This document shows positions 1 to 19,156 of a stretch of DNA of 58,582 bases, piece after piece. The stretch is from Candidatus Aminicenantes bacterium. GTDB lineage: Bacteria; Acidobacteriota; Aminicenantia; Aminicenantales; UBA4085. The notes beneath the pieces are model-generated. The model had not been told where the DNA came from, searched no databases, and worked only from the letters and a program-made list of their open reading frames with translations. Location of the stretch: positions 1-58,582 of the forward strand of contig JALHTW010000230.1 in the NCBI GenBank assembly GCA_022866045.1, in the 5' to 3' direction. A program made the position numbers and the translations under genes. How positions within the stretch are numbered: position 1 is the first letter of the stretch; the number at the start of each line of letters is the position of its first letter.

Positions 1-128
1 CCGGGGACAACGTGAACCTGGAGATCGACCTGATCACGGACGTGGCGATGGAGAAAGGGCTGCGGTTCGCGATCCGGGAAGGCGGACGGACCGTCGGCGC
101 CGGCACCGTCACGGATATCATCGAATAG
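1..128 (+). CDS. tuf: Elongation factor Tu, 3' end of a second copy (partial, truncated by window start)
   Basis: Reads ...[41 protein letters not shown]; nt 1-127 identical to 16241-16367; stop TAG versus TAA in the other copy. Confidence 0.95.
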   Translation, partial: GDNVNLEIDLITDVAMEKGLRFAIREGGRTVGAGTVTDIIE

Positions 129-192
129 AAAGGATAGAGTTCCCCCTGCCGAATTTCTGAATTCGGCCGGCGGATCCTCAAAAGAGCAGGCT

Positions 193-342
193 ATGAGAGA
201 AATCATCACCCTGAGCTGTTCGGTATGCAAACAGCGGAATTATTCCAACACGAGGAACAAGAAAAAACAGACTGAACGGCTGGAGATTAAAAAGTTCTGC
301 CCGTTCTGCCGGAAGCACACGCTTCACAAGGAAGTCAAATAG
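193..342 (+). CDS. rpmG: 50S ribosomal protein L33, zinc-binding (C+) type
   Basis: Manual translation [49 protein letters not shown]; two CxxC; below ORF-track cutoff; canonical tuf-rpmG-trnW-secE order. Confidence 0.95.
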   Translation: MREIITLSCSVCKQRNYSNTRNKKKQTERLEIKKFCPFCRKHTLHKEVK

Positions 343-371
343 GAGATGGGTCAGAAGGGACAGGACGAAAC

Positions 372-445
<74 letters not shown>

Positions 446-515
446 CCCAAAGATAACAACATTAAGGATCGCCCCGAGATAGATCGAGAAATTCATTCAG
501 AAGGACAGAGAAACC

Positions 516-725
516 ATGAGCGATAAAGTGAGATGGTACAAGCGTTTATGGACGTTCATCAAGGAAGCGCGTGCCGAGCTCAAAAAAGTGACTTGGCCTT
601 CGCGGAACGAGATTTATAACACCACGCTTGTCGTCATCATTGCCACCGTCTTTTTCGGCTTCTTCCTGTTCTTCATGGACATCATCTTTTCCTGGGTGAT
701 CACGAAGATTGAATCGTTTTTTTAG
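516..725 (+). CDS. secE: Preprotein translocase subunit SecE (single TM type)
   Basis: ELKKVTWPS motif plus one TM helix; lies before nusG. Confidence 0.95.
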   Translation: MSDKVRWYKRLWTFIKEARAELKKVTWPSRNEIYNTTLVVIIATVFFGFFLFFMDIIFSWVITKIESFF

Positions 726-737
726 GTAAGCACAATC

Positions 738-1268
738 ATGGCAAAAAATTGGTATGTCGTTCACACGTATTCAGGATTCGAGAAATTCGTGGCCGAGTCC
801 ATCCGACAGCGGGCCATCGAGATGGGGATCGAGGACCAGATAGGACAGATCATCATCCCGACCGAAGACGTCATCGAGATCAAGATGGGGAAGAAGGTCG
901 TTTCGACCAAGCGGTCCTATCCCGGCTACATCCTGGTCGAGATGGAGATGACGGATGAGAACTGGCTCATCATTCGCGAGACTCCGAAGGTCACGGGATT
1001 CGTCGGCTCGGGAAAGAAGCCCTCGCCGCTGAGCAAGGACGAGGTCAGCCAGATCGTCGAGCACATGGAGACCACCTCGGAGAAGCCCAAGCCGAGGCAC
1101 TCCTTCGAGAAGGGCGAGGCGGTCCGTATCATCGACGGCCCGTTCTTCAACTTCAGCGGCATCGTCGAAGACGTCAACCACGAACGCAGCACGCTCAAGG
1201 TGCTGGTGACGATCTTCGGCCGGTCGACGCCCGTGGAACTAGAATTCTTACAGGTCGAGAAAATCTAG
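738..1268 (+). CDS. nusG: Transcription termination/antitermination factor NusG
   Basis: [43 protein letters not shown]. Confidence 0.97.
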   Translation: MAKNWYVVHTYSGFEKFVAESIRQRAIEMGIEDQIGQIIIPTEDVIEIKMGKKVVSTKRSYPGYILVEMEMTDENWLIIRETPKVTGFVGSGKKPSPLSKDEVSQIVEHMETTSEKPKPRHSFEKGEAVRIIDGPFFNFSGIVEDVNHERSTLKVLVTIFGRSTPVELEFLQVEKI

Positions 1269-1277
1269 GAGGCATTC

Positions 1278-1709
1278 ATGTCCAAAGAGGTTGTGGCAAG
1301 GATCAAGTTGCAGATCGTGGCCGGACAGGCGAGCCCCGCTCCTCCGGTGGGGCCGGCCCTGGGGCAGCACGGCGTCAACATCATGCAGTTCGTCCGCGAG
1401 TTCAACGAGAAGACGGGCAAGATGGAAGAGGGCATGGTCATCCCCGTGATCATCACGATCTTCAAGGACAAATCGTTCAATTTCGTCCTGAAGACCCCTC
1501 CGGCGTCCTACCTTCTGAAGAAGGCGGCGGGTATCGCCAAAGGCTCCGGGACCCCGAACAAGGAAAAGGTCGGCAAGGTGACCCAGAAGCAGATCGAGGA
1601 CATCGCCAAGCTCAAGCTTCCGGACCTCAATGCCAACGACCTGGAGGCGGCCAAGAAGATCATCGAAGGGACCGCTAAAAACATGGGATTGGAGATTATC
1701 AGTGGCTAA
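1278..1709 (+). CDS. rplK: 50S ribosomal protein L11
   Basis: [19 protein letters not shown] motif. Confidence 0.97.
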   Translation: MSKEVVARIKLQIVAGQASPAPPVGPALGQHGVNIMQFVREFNEKTGKMEEGMVIPVIITIFKDKSFNFVLKTPPASYLLKKAAGIAKGSGTPNKEKVGKVTQKQIEDIAKLKLPDLNANDLEAAKKIIEGTAKNMGLEIISG

Positions 1710-2394
1710 TCGTGGGAAAAAGTATCTAAAGGCGAGAGACCTCCGGGTCAAGTCCGAGTATTCGCTCGAGGAGGCGGTCGACCTGCTCAAAAAAGGCCAT
1801 TATGCGAAGTTCGACGAGTCTGTCGACATCGCCCTGCGCCTGGGCGTCAATCCCAAGCAGTCCGACCAGATGGTCCGGGGGACGGTCATCCTCCCCCACG
1901 GCACGGGCAAGACCAAGAAGATCTGCGTCCTGGCCTCGGGCGAGAAATTGAAGGAAGCCGAGGCGGCCGGGGCCGATTACGCAGGCGGCGAGGAACTGAT
2001 CGAAAAGATCGCCGGCGGCTGGATCGATTTCGACATTGTCATCGCCGCGCCCGACATCATGCGCAGCGTGGGCAAACTGGGCCGGATTCTCGGGACGAAG
2101 GGCCTGACGCCCAACCCGAAGTCGGGCACGATGACGTTCGATATCAAGAAGGCCGTCGAGGAGACGAAGGCCGGCAAGGTGGAATTCCGGATCGATAAGA
2201 CGAGCATCATCCACTCGATCATCGGCAAGGTCTCGTTCTCCGAAGCGAAAATCGTGGATAACGCCAAGACCTTCATCGCGGCCGTCGTCCACGCCCGGCC
2301 GTCGACAGCCAAGGGCAAGTTCGTCCGGAGCATGTACCTCAGCACGACGATGGGGCCGTCCTTCAAGATCAGCGAGGATATTCTGGAGAAATAG
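1702..2394 (+). CDS. rplA: 50S ribosomal protein L1
   Basis: [35 protein letters not shown]; start moved to GTG 1702 overlapping rplK end. Confidence 0.95.
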   Translation: MANRGKKYLKARDLRVKSEYSLEEAVDLLKKGHYAKFDESVDIALRLGVNPKQSDQMVRGTVILPHGTGKTKKICVLASGEKLKEAEAAGADYAGGEELIEKIAGGWIDFDIVIAAPDIMRSVGKLGRILGTKGLTPNPKSGTMTFDIKKAVEETKAGKVEFRIDKTSIIHSIIGKVSFSEAKIVDNAKTFIAAVVHARPSTAKGKFVRSMYLSTTMGPSFKISEDILEK

Positions 2395-2411
2395 GACAAG
2401 GAGAAGCGCGG

Positions 2412-2927
2412 ATGAAACGGGAACAAAAAGAAGCACGCATCAAGGAGCTCGCCGACATTTTCAAATCGGACGGCACTTTCTACCTCTTCGATTACAATAA
2501 AATGAGCGTCGCCCAATCGGTGGACCTGCGGAAGACCCTGCGGAAGCACGGCTCATCGCTCAAGGTTGTCAAGAACCGCCTGGCCCTCCGCGCGCTCAAG
2601 GCGGAATTCCCCGACGCCCTCAGGGGCTCTTTTCGCAAACCCACGGCGGTCGCCTTCACGGCGGCCGACCCGATCCTCCTGGCCAAGGCGCTCAAGGAGT
2701 TCGCCGTTCAGAACAAGGTCCTGGTCGTGAAGGGCGGCGTCGTCCAAGGCCAGTACTTTCCGGCCGAAAGGTTCGATGAAATCACGAAGCTCACCTCGCG
2801 CCAGGCGCTTTTGGGCAAGATCGGCTTCATGATGGCTTATCCTTTGACGAAGCTTTTAAGAACTTGGCAAGCCCCGCTCACCAGCGCGGGGATCTTGTTG
2901 AGCCAATTAAAGAATAAAAAACAGTAA
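2412..2927 (+). CDS. rplJ: 50S ribosomal protein L10
   Basis: LKVVKNRL motif, position, AAGGAG SD. Confidence 0.93.
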   Translation: MKREQKEARIKELADIFKSDGTFYLFDYNKMSVAQSVDLRKTLRKHGSSLKVVKNRLALRALKAEFPDALRGSFRKPTAVAFTAADPILLAKALKEFAVQNKVLVVKGGVVQGQYFPAERFDEITKLTSRQALLGKIGFMMAYPLTKLLRTWQAPLTSAGILLSQLKNKKQ

Positions 2928-2963
2928 GTCGGTATGACCGCAACAGGAAAGGAGTCATTTCAC

Positions 2964-3353
2964 ATGGCAAAACTTACCAAGGAAGAATTTTTCAGTCACC
3001 TGGACAACCTGACGGTTCTGGAGCTTGCGGACTACATCAAAGAGTTCGAGACCCGCTACGGCATCAGCGCCCAGGCGGCCGTTCCCATGGGCGTAGCCGC
3101 CGGAGCGGCTCCTCAGGCCGAAGCGAAGGCCGAAGAAGTGAAGACCGAATTCACCCTCGTCCTGAAGAGCGCCGGCGACAAGAAGATCAACGTCATCAAG
3201 ATCGTCCGGGAGATCACGAATCTGGGATTGAAGGAAGCCAAGGACCTGGTCGATGGTGCGCCCAAGCCGGTCAAAGAAGGGCTGTCTAAACAGGATGCGG
3301 AAGCCCTCAAGGTGAAGTTCGAGGCCGTTGGGGCTCAAGTCGAGCTGCAGTAG
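2964..3353 (+). CDS. rplL: 50S ribosomal protein L7/L12
   Basis: [25 protein letters not shown]; start at ATG 2964 after AAGGAG. Confidence 0.96.
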   Translation: MAKLTKEEFFSHLDNLTVLELADYIKEFETRYGISAQAAVPMGVAAGAAPQAEAKAEEVKTEFTLVLKSAGDKKINVIKIVREITNLGLKEAKDLVDGAPKPVKEGLSKQDAEALKVKFEAVGAQVELQ

Positions 3354-3392
3354 GATCCTTTGGATAGAGGCGGGATTTCCCCTAACGACCAG

Positions 3393-3501
3393 CATAAAAA
3401 GATGGGCCCGTGCACCGAATGCCGATCTTCGGCATGCGGGCTTATTTTTATGAGTATCTGCCGGGGTCTGCTTGCTGAAAGTCATTCGGCATGTGGACCT
3501 C
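3393..3501 (+). promoter_or_regulatory. Two consecutive stem-loops in the rplL-rpoB spacer (candidate attenuator/leader)
   Basis: CATAAAAAGATGGGCCCG..ATGCCGA-TCT-TCGGCAT..CGGGCTTATTTTTATG (3393-3452) and GGGGTCTGC-TTGCTGAA..TTCGGCAT-GTGGACCTC (3463-3501). Confidence 0.55.
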
Positions 3502-3514
3502 AAAGAGAGCGTCC

Positions 3515-11946
<8,432 letters not shown>

Positions 11947-11973
11947 TTTTTTGGGCTAACTGCCTTTATTTTC

Positions 11974-12002
11974 TTGACATAGCCGGTGAAGTTTGCTATA
12001 TT
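11974..12002 (+). promoter_or_regulatory. sigma70-type promoter of the str operon
   Basis: TTGACA-17 nt-TATATT with extended -10 TGn. Confidence 0.75.
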
Positions 12003-12077
12003 CCGGACATTCGTTCCGAGAGAACTATCTGTTCGGAGTGAGTACAATTTTATATTTTTTTTGAAGGAGTAGCTTTT

Positions 12078-12467
12078 TTGCCAACCGTCAACCAATTAAT
12101 TAGGAAAGGCCGGACCTTCAAGAGATACAAGAGCAAGTCGCCGGCATTGGATGGATGTCCGCAGAAGCGCGGCGTGTGCACGCGCGTCTTCACGACGACG
12201 CCCAAAAAGCCGAATTCCGCCTTGAGAAAAGTGGCCCGAGTTCGCCTGACGAATAATATCGAAGTCACGGGTTACATTCCCGGCGTTGGGCATAACCTTC
12301 AGGAACACTCGATCGTGCTCGTCCGCGGGGGCCGCGTCAAAGACCTGCCGGGCGTCCGTTATCACATCATCCGCGGCACGCTGGACAGCGAGGGCGTGGT
12401 CAACCGCAACCAGAGCCGGTCGAAATACGGCGCCAAGAAGCCCAAGGAGAAAAGAGTCACCCCATAA
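12078..12467 (+). CDS. rpsL: 30S ribosomal protein S12
   Basis: [21 protein letters not shown]; TTG start after AAGGAG. Confidence 0.97.
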   Translation: MPTVNQLIRKGRTFKRYKSKSPALDGCPQKRGVCTRVFTTTPKKPNSALRKVARVRLTNNIEVTGYIPGVGHNLQEHSIVLVRGGRVKDLPGVRYHIIRGTLDSEGVVNRNQSRSKYGAKKPKEKRVTP

Positions 12468-12485
12468 GGATGACAGGAGAGTTCG

Positions 12486-12956
12486 ATGCCAAGACGCGGG
12501 ATTATCAAAAAGAAGAAAGTGCCGGGTGACCAGAAGTACAACAGCACGCTGATCACGAAATTCATCAATATGTTTATGAAGAAAGGGAAGAAGAGTACCG
12601 CTGAACGGGCGATCTACGCTTCGATGGACGTGGTGAAAGAGAAAGCCAAAGAAGATCCTTTGAAGATCTTCGAGAAGGCCGTCGAGAACGTGCGGCCCAT
12701 GCTCGAGACGAAATCGAGGCGCGTCGGCGGGGCCACCTATCAGGTCCCCGTCGAGGTGGATATCAGCCGCTCGATCTCCGTGGGCGTGCGCTGGATCATC
12801 AAGTATGCCCAGGACCGGGGCGGCAAGAGCATGGTCGAAAAGCTCGCTGCGGAGATACTCGACGCTGTCGCCAACAAGGGCGGCGCGATCAAGAAACGTG
12901 AAGATACCCATAAAATGGCGGAGGCCAACAGGGCTTTCGCTCATTATAGGTGGTAA
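12486..12956 (+). CDS. rpsG: 30S ribosomal protein S7
   Basis: SRRVGGATYQVP, HKMAEANRAFAH. Confidence 0.97.
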   Translation: MPRRGIIKKKKVPGDQKYNSTLITKFINMFMKKGKKSTAERAIYASMDVVKEKAKEDPLKIFEKAVENVRPMLETKSRRVGGATYQVPVEVDISRSISVGVRWIIKYAQDRGGKSMVEKLAAEILDAVANKGGAIKKREDTHKMAEANRAFAHYRW

Positions 12957-13022
12957 TCTTATAAATGGTAGTCTCCTTGAATATCGGAGCAGGGACTATT
13001 CACGTTCCCATGGAGCGACGAT

Positions 13023-15122
13023 TTGACGCGAACGTACTCGATCGAACGAGTGAGGAACATCGGCATCATGGCCCATATCGATGCGGGGAAGACTACCACG
13101 ACGGAGCGTATCCTCTACTATACCGGCATCACCTACAAAATGGGAGAAGTCGACGAGGGTACAGCCGTCATGGATTGGATGGCTCAAGAGCAGGAACGTG
13201 GTATAACGATCACATCAGCCGCCACCACCTGTTACTGGAACAACCATCGAATCAACATCATCGACACGCCGGGACACGTCGATTTCACGGCCGAGGTTGA
13301 ACGGTCGCTGCGGGTCCTGGACGGGGCGGTGGTGCTGCTCTGCGGAGTCGGTGGAGTCGAGCCTCAATCCGAAACTGTCTGGCGGCAGGCGGATAAGTAC
13401 CGGGTTCCCAGGATCTGTTACATCAACAAGATGGACCGGATCGGGGTCGACCCGGAGCGGGCCCTCGAACAGATAAAGTCGAGGCTCGCGGCCAAGCCCC
13501 TCGCTATCCAGATTCCCCTAGGCAGGGAGGAGTATTTTCGAGGTATTGTTGACCTGGTGAACATGAAAGAATATGACTGGGGCACGGACTTGATCGGGAC
13601 GGATTTCGTCGTGAAAGAAGTCGCCGCTGAACGCCGGGCCGAAGTCCGTCAAAAACGGTCGGAAATGCTCGAGCAACTGAGCGACGCGGATGAGCATATC
13701 ATGGAGAAATACCTCGAAGGAAGCGAGATGACCGCCGAGGATATTAAGCGGGCGATCCGGAAGGCCACGATTGCCGGCAAGGTCGTCCCCGTACTCTACG
13801 GCGCGTCCTTCCGGAACAAGGGCGTTCATCCGCTCCTTGATGCGATCGTCGATTACCTGCCGGCGCCGGTGGACATCCCGCCGGTCGTCGGGCACCATCC
13901 CCGGACGCACCAGGTCGAGACGCGGAAGGCTTCGGACGATGAGCCTTTTTCGGCGCTCGTCTTCAAGCTCCAGAACGACCTGTTCATGGGCAGCTTGGCT
14001 TTTTTCCGCGTCTATTCGGGGAAAGCGCGCCTCGGCTCGGTCTTCTATAACTCCGTGAAGGATGAAGAGGAGCGCGTCTCGCGATTGCTCGAGATGCACG
14101 CGAACAAAAGGAAAGAAGTCAAAGAGATCTTCGCCGGCGATATCATGGCCATGGGGACGGTGAAGAACCTTTCGACCGGAGATACGCTGTGTGCCAAGAA
14201 CCGGCCGATCGTCCTGGAGTCCATCAAGTTCCCGGAACCCGTGGTGTCCATGACGATCGAGCCAAGATCCAAGGCGGGGCATGCGAAACTCCATAACGCG
14301 CTGGCGAAGCTGGCCAAGGAAGACCCGACGGTCAAGATCATGCAGGATCCCCAGACCGGCCAGAACCTGGTTTATGGCATGGGGGAACTCCACATCGAGA
14401 TCCTCATGGACCGGATGTCCCGCGAATTCGGCGTCCAAGCCAACCTGGGCAAACCGCAAGTCGCTTACAAGGAGACCATCCTGAAAGCAGCCGAAGGCGA
14501 AGGGAAATACATCCGCCAGATAGGCGTCAAAAGCCAGTACGGTCATTGCCGGCTGACGATTGAGCCCCTTCCGAGAGGCGAGGGATTCAAGTTCATCAAC
14601 AAAGTCAAATCCGGCCTCATTCCTGCGGAATTCATTCCAGCGATCGAGGACGGAGCGAAGGAATCGCTCGAATTCGGCATCCTGGCCGGATTTCCTATGA
14701 CGGACATCAAGGTCACGCTGAAGGACGGCTCGTCGAGCGAGACCGATTCGACGCCCGTCGCGTTCAAGATCGCGGCTACGATGGCGTTCAAGGAAGCGGC
14801 CCAAAAGGCCGGGCCCGTGCTCCTCGAGCCGATCATGAAGCTCGAGGTTGTTTCCCCGGACGAATATCTGGGGGACATCAGCGGCGACCTCAACGCCCGG
14901 CGCGGAAAGATCGAAGGCGTGGAAATGCGCGGAGGCTCCAGGGTTACCAAGGCCCTTGTGCCTCTCGCGGAAATGTTCGGCTATGCCACGATCCTCCGGA
15001 CGCTGACCCAGGGCCGCGGCGTTTTCTCGATGGAATTTTTCGAGTATGAGACGACTCCCCTTCAAGTCATGGAGGGCATTGTCGCCCGGATCGAAGGGCG
15101 CGTTTCTTACAGTGGTGTCTAG
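13023..15122 (+). CDS. fusA: Elongation factor G (divergent domain IV)
   Basis: [35 protein letters not shown]; str-operon position; TTG start. Confidence 0.95.
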   Translation: MTRTYSIERVRNIGIMAHIDAGKTTTTERILYYTGITYKMGEVDEGTAVMDWMAQEQERGITITSAATTCYWNNHRINIIDTPGHVDFTAEVERSLRVLDGAVVLLCGVGGVEPQSETVWRQADKYRVPRICYINKMDRIGVDPERALEQIKSRLAAKPLAIQIPLGREEYFRGIVDLVNMKEYDWGTDLIGTDFVVKEVAAERRAEVRQKRSEMLEQLSDADEHIMEKYLEGSEMTAEDIKRAIRKATIAGKVVPVLYGASFRNKGVHPLLDAIVDYLPAPVDIPPVVGHHPRTHQVETRKASDDEPFSALVFKLQNDLFMGSLAFFRVYSGKARLGSVFYNSVKDEEERVSRLLEMHANKRKEVKEIFAGDIMAMGTVKNLSTGDTLCAKNRPIVLESIKFPEPVVSMTIEPRSKAGHAKLHNALAKLAKEDPTVKIMQDPQTGQNLVYGMGELHIEILMDRMSREFGVQANLGKPQVAYKETILKAAEGEGKYIRQIGVKSQYGHCRLTIEPLPRGEGFKFINKVKSGLIPAEFIPAIEDGAKESLEFGILAGFPMTDIKVTLKDGSSSETDSTPVAFKIAATMAFKEAAQKAGPVLLEPIMKLEVVSPDEYLGDISGDLNARRGKIEGVEMRGGSRVTKALVPLAEMFGYATILRTLTQGRGVFSMEFFEYETTPLQVMEGIVARIEGRVSYSGV

Positions 15123-15165
15123 CATGGATCATCTCTGGATGAAACCAAGGAATAGGAGGTAAGGG

Positions 15166-16368
15166 ATGGCAAAGGCGAAGTTTGAGCGGACGAAGCCGCA
15201 TGTGAATGTGGGGACGATCGGGCATATTGATCACGGGAAGACGACGTTGGTCTCGGCGCTGACGAAGGTGCTGGCCACGAAGGGGTTGGCTCAGGCGAAG
15301 AGCTATGATGAGGTGGCGAAGGCGGACGCGAAGATGTTTCGTCGGGACGCGACGAAGATCTTGACGGTGGCCTTGGCCCACGTGGAGTACGAGTCGGAGC
15401 TGCGGCATTATGCCCACATAGATTGTCCTGGGCATGCGGACTATATCAAGAACATGATTTCTGGGGCGGCCCAGATGGACGGGGCGGTTTTGGTGGTTTC
15501 GGCGGCGGACGGGCCGATGCCGCAGACGCGGGAGCATGTGCTATTGGCGCGCCAGGTGATGGTGCCGTCGATCGTGGTGTTCATGAACAAGTGCGACCTG
15601 GTGGACGATCCGGAGATCTTGGACTTGGTGGAGCTTGAGGTTCGGGAGCTTCTGTCGAAGTATGAATTTCCTGGGGACAAGGTTCCGGTGATTCGGGGGG
15701 CGGCGACGAAGGCGATGGCGGACCCGGCGGGAGAGGCGGCGAAGCCGGTATGGGAGCTGATCAAGGCGATGGACACGTTCATTCCGGAGCCGTTGCGGGA
15801 GGTGGACAAGCCCTTTTTGATGTCGATTGAGGACGTATTCTCGATCACGGGTCGGGGGACGGTCGTGACGGGCCGGGTGGACCGGGGGTTGGTCAAAGTT
15901 GGGGACGAGGTTGAGATTGTCGGCTTTGGAGAGACGCGGAAGGCGGTGGTGACGGGGGTTGAGATGTTCCGGAAGCTATTGGACCAAGCCCAAGCCGGGG
16001 ACAACATTGGTTGTCTTCTGCGGGGGATCGGGAAGACGGATGTTGAGCGGGGGATGGTTCTGGCGAAGCCGGGGTCGATCAAGCCGCACCGGAAGTTCAA
16101 GGGAGCGATCTACGTGTTGACGAAGGAAGAGGGCGGGCGGCACACGCCGTTTTTCACGGGGTACCGGCCGCAGTTCTACTTTCGGACGACGGACGTGACG
16201 GGGAACGCGAAGTTGCCGGAGGGCGTGGAGATGGTGATGCCCGGGGACAACGTGAACCTGGAGATCGACCTGATCACGGACGTGGCGATGGAGAAAGGGC
16301 TGCGGTTCGCGATCCGGGAAGGCGGACGGACCGTCGGCGCCGGCACCGTCACGGATATCATCGAATAA
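15166..16368 (+). CDS. tuf: Elongation factor Tu (divergent switch I)
   Basis: [32 protein letters not shown]. Confidence 0.97.
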   Translation: MAKAKFERTKPHVNVGTIGHIDHGKTTLVSALTKVLATKGLAQAKSYDEVAKADAKMFRRDATKILTVALAHVEYESELRHYAHIDCPGHADYIKNMISGAAQMDGAVLVVSAADGPMPQTREHVLLARQVMVPSIVVFMNKCDLVDDPEILDLVELEVRELLSKYEFPGDKVPVIRGAATKAMADPAGEAAKPVWELIKAMDTFIPEPLREVDKPFLMSIEDVFSITGRGTVVTGRVDRGLVKVGDEVEIVGFGETRKAVVTGVEMFRKLLDQAQAGDNIGCLLRGIGKTDVERGMVLAKPGSIKPHRKFKGAIYVLTKEEGGRHTPFFTGYRPQFYFRTTDVTGNAKLPEGVEMVMPGDNVNLEIDLITDVAMEKGLRFAIREGGRTVGAGTVTDIIE

Positions 16369-16454
16369 GAGGTCTGATCGCCGCGTTGCTTTGCTCCTGG
16401 CGATGACACAAATAAGGCAAGAACATTCGATAACATAGAGAACCGAGGGACATC

Positions 16455-16772
16455 ATGGAAAAAATCAGAATCCGATTGAAATCATTCGATCACCGGCTCC
16501 TCGACCAGTCCGTGAAAGACATCGTCGTGAAAGCCAAGAGGACGGGAGCCAGCATCGCCGGCCCGATTCCCCTGCCGACGCGGATTCACCGTTTCTGCGT
16601 CCTTCGTTCTCCTCACGTGGACAAGAAGTCCCGGGAACATTTCGAGATGCGCGTTCACAAAAGAGTGATCGACATCAGCGAGTACAACAACGAGACGATC
16701 GAAGAGCTCCAGAAACTCGATCTGCCCGCCGGCATCGACGTCGAGATTCAGGCTTTCGGCGCGGGAGAGTAA
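16455..16772 (+). CDS. rpsJ: 30S ribosomal protein S10
   Basis: [21 protein letters not shown]. Confidence 0.97.
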   Translation: MEKIRIRLKSFDHRLLDQSVKDIVVKAKRTGASIAGPIPLPTRIHRFCVLRSPHVDKKSREHFEMRVHKRVIDISEYNNETIEELQKLDLPAGIDVEIQAFGAGE

Positions 16773-16775
16773 ATC

Positions 16776-17399
16776 ATGCTTGAGGGTCTCATCGGCAAAA
16801 AAATCGGCATGACGCAGGGTTTCGACGAGAAGGGGAACTCCGTTCCTCTCACGGTCATCAAGGCCGGCCCCTGCACGGTCATCCAGAGGAAATCCAAAGA
16901 GAAAGACGGCTACGCAGCCCTTCAGCTCGGCTTCGTCGAAGAGAAGGGCGTCAAGCGCCAGAGAAAGGCCATGCTCGGCCATTTCAAGAAATCCGGTTCC
17001 CCTTTGACGAGAGTGCTGAGAGAGTTCCGTTTTGAAGGCCAGGCCGAGGTCAAGGAAGGCGACCAGTTCTTCGTCGACATCTTCAAGGTCGGTGAAAAGG
17101 TCCACGTCACCGGGACGAGCAAGGGAAAAGGTTTCGCCGGCGTCGTGAAACGCCACCACTTTCGGGGCGGTAAGGCCTCGCACGGATCGATGTTCCACCG
17201 GGCGCCCGGCTCGATCGGCGCGTCGTCTTACCCTTCGCGCGTCGTCCGCGGCCTGCGGATGGGCGGCCGCATGGGACATGAACGGGTGACGGTGCGGAAC
17301 GTCGAAGTGTTCCAGTCGGACAAAGATAATAACCTTCTGGTGATCAAGGGAGCCGTTCCCGGCCCCAACGGAGGTTATGTTTTGATTCATAGAGCATAA
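16776..17399 (+). CDS. rplC: 50S ribosomal protein L3
   Basis: [24 protein letters not shown]. Confidence 0.97.
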   Translation: MLEGLIGKKIGMTQGFDEKGNSVPLTVIKAGPCTVIQRKSKEKDGYAALQLGFVEEKGVKRQRKAMLGHFKKSGSPLTRVLREFRFEGQAEVKEGDQFFVDIFKVGEKVHVTGTSKGKGFAGVVKRHHFRGGKASHGSMFHRAPGSIGASSYPSRVVRGLRMGGRMGHERVTVRNVEVFQSDKDNNLLVIKGAVPGPNGGYVLIHRA

Positions 17400-17411
17400 G
17401 AAGAGTTGACT

Positions 17412-18032
17412 ATGCAAAAAGCGCAAGTTTTAGACAAGAGCGGAAAAGTCACCTCGGAGATCGAGCTCCCGAAGGAGGTGTTCGCCTATCCGGTCAAGGC
17501 CCATCTTCTGTACGAGGCGGCTATCAGTTATTTGGCCAACCAGCGGCGCGGCACGGCCGCGACCAAGACCCGGGCCGAGGTGAGCGGCAGCAACCGCAAA
17601 CCATGGCGGCAGAAAGGCACGGGCCGGGCGCGCGCGGGCGCCACGCGATCCCCTCTTTGGCGGCACGGCGGCACGACCTTTGGGCCTCGTCCCAAGGATT
17701 ACACCTATGAGCTTCCCAAAGAGGCCAAGAAGAACGCCTTGAAATCCGCGATCGCGGCCAAGCACGCGGAGCAGCGGCTGCTCATCCTGGACGACCTGAA
17801 GCTCGCGGCGGCGAAGACCAAGGGAGCCGCCGACCTATTAAAAGGCCTGAACGTAGATTCCGGTCTCATCGTCGACGGCCTGGACAACGCCAACCTGTTC
17901 GTGTCCGTCCGGAACATACCCAAGGTCAAGGCCGTCGATTGGAAATTCGTCAACATCCATGATGTCTTGAATTATGCATGGCTTGTCATCAGCCGGCAAG
18001 CCTTCGAGTCTTTGATGGAGAAATTGAAGTGA
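17412..18032 (+). CDS. rplD: 50S ribosomal protein L4
   Basis: KPWRQKGTGRARAG, GGTTFGP. Confidence 0.96.
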   Translation: MQKAQVLDKSGKVTSEIELPKEVFAYPVKAHLLYEAAISYLANQRRGTAATKTRAEVSGSNRKPWRQKGTGRARAGATRSPLWRHGGTTFGPRPKDYTYELPKEAKKNALKSAIAAKHAEQRLLILDDLKLAAAKTKGAADLLKGLNVDSGLIVDGLDNANLFVSVRNIPKVKAVDWKFVNIHDVLNYAWLVISRQAFESLMEKLK

Positions 18033-18325
18033 ACAAGGATCCCTACCAGATCATCCTCCGGCCTGTGATCACCGAGAAAAGCACGGCGCTCAAAGAGAAG
18101 AACAGGGAAGTCTGTTTTGAAGTGGCCCTCCAGGCCAATAAATCTGAGATCAAAAAAGCGGTCGAACAGCTCTTCAAGGTCAAGGTCGAGAGCGTCCGGA
18201 CCCAGATCAAGGTCGGCAAGGAGCGGCGCGTGGGCCGCAGCGCGGGAATGACGAAAAATTGGAAAAAAGCCTTGGTCCGGCTCAAAGAAGGCGAAAAAAT
18301 GATTGAATATTTCGAGGCGGTTTAA
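18029..18325 (+). CDS. rplW: 50S ribosomal protein L23
   Basis: [22 protein letters not shown]; GTG start overlapping rplD stop. Confidence 0.95.
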   Translation: MNKDPYQIILRPVITEKSTALKEKNREVCFEVALQANKSEIKKAVEQLFKVKVESVRTQIKVGKERRVGRSAGMTKNWKKALVRLKEGEKMIEYFEAV

Positions 18326-18326
18326 C

Positions 18327-19154
18327 ATGGGCATTAAATCTTACAGACCACAAACAGCGGGCCTGCGGCACCGGACGGGCTTGACCTACGAGGAATTGAC
18401 GACGGACAAACCTTATAAGCCATTGCTGACGTTTCTTGCCAAGTCCGGCGGACGCAACAACAGAGGCCACCTGTCGATGCGTAACAGGGGCGGCGGACAT
18501 AAGAAGATGTACCGGGTCATCGATTTCCGGCGGGATAAGCTGGAAATCCCCGGCATCGTCGAAACGGTCGAGTACGATCCAAACCGTTCCTCCTTCATTT
18601 CCCTGGTCAAATACCAGGACGGAGAGCGGCGCTACATCCTTGCGCCGCAGGACCTCCGAGTCGGCCAGACGATCGTCTCTTCGGACAAAATCGTGGATAT
18701 CGTGCCCGGCAATGCCACTCTCCTCCGCAACATCCCGCTGGGCACCGTCATCCATAATATCGAGCTTCAGAAGGACAAAGGCGGCCAGATTGTGCGGACC
18801 GCCGGGGCTGGCGCCCAGATCCTGGCCAAAGAAGGCCATTTCGCCCAGGTCCGCTTGCCCTCGTCCGAAATCCGGAAGGTCCATCTGGACTGCCGGGCGA
18901 CGATCGGACAGGTCGGCAACCTCGACCATCAGAATATCACCATCGGGAAGGCCGGCCGATCACGCTGGATGGGTTGGAAGCCCCATGTCCGGGGCACGGC
19001 CATGAATCCGATCGACCATCCGCACGGAGGCGGAGAAGGCCGCTCCAAGGGCGGCCGCCATCCGGTGAGCCCCGAAGGCATCCCAACGAAGGGATACAAG
19101 ACCCGGAGGAATAAACGAACCCGAGTTTTTATCGTCAAAAGAAGGAGTAAGTAA
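18327..19154 (+). CDS. rplB: 50S ribosomal protein L2
   Basis: [25 protein letters not shown]. Confidence 0.97.
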   Translation: MGIKSYRPQTAGLRHRTGLTYEELTTDKPYKPLLTFLAKSGGRNNRGHLSMRNRGGGHKKMYRVIDFRRDKLEIPGIVETVEYDPNRSSFISLVKYQDGERRYILAPQDLRVGQTIVSSDKIVDIVPGNATLLRNIPLGTVIHNIELQKDKGGQIVRTAGAGAQILAKEGHFAQVRLPSSEIRKVHLDCRATIGQVGNLDHQNITIGKAGRSRWMGWKPHVRGTAMNPIDHPHGGGEGRSKGGRHPVSPEGIPTKGYKTRRNKRTRVFIVKRRSK

Positions 19155-19156
19155 AG

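Noticed and set aside
12078-12467. Streptomycin-resistance alleles in rpsL
   Set aside because: PKKPNSA and RVKDLPG motifs are wild type.
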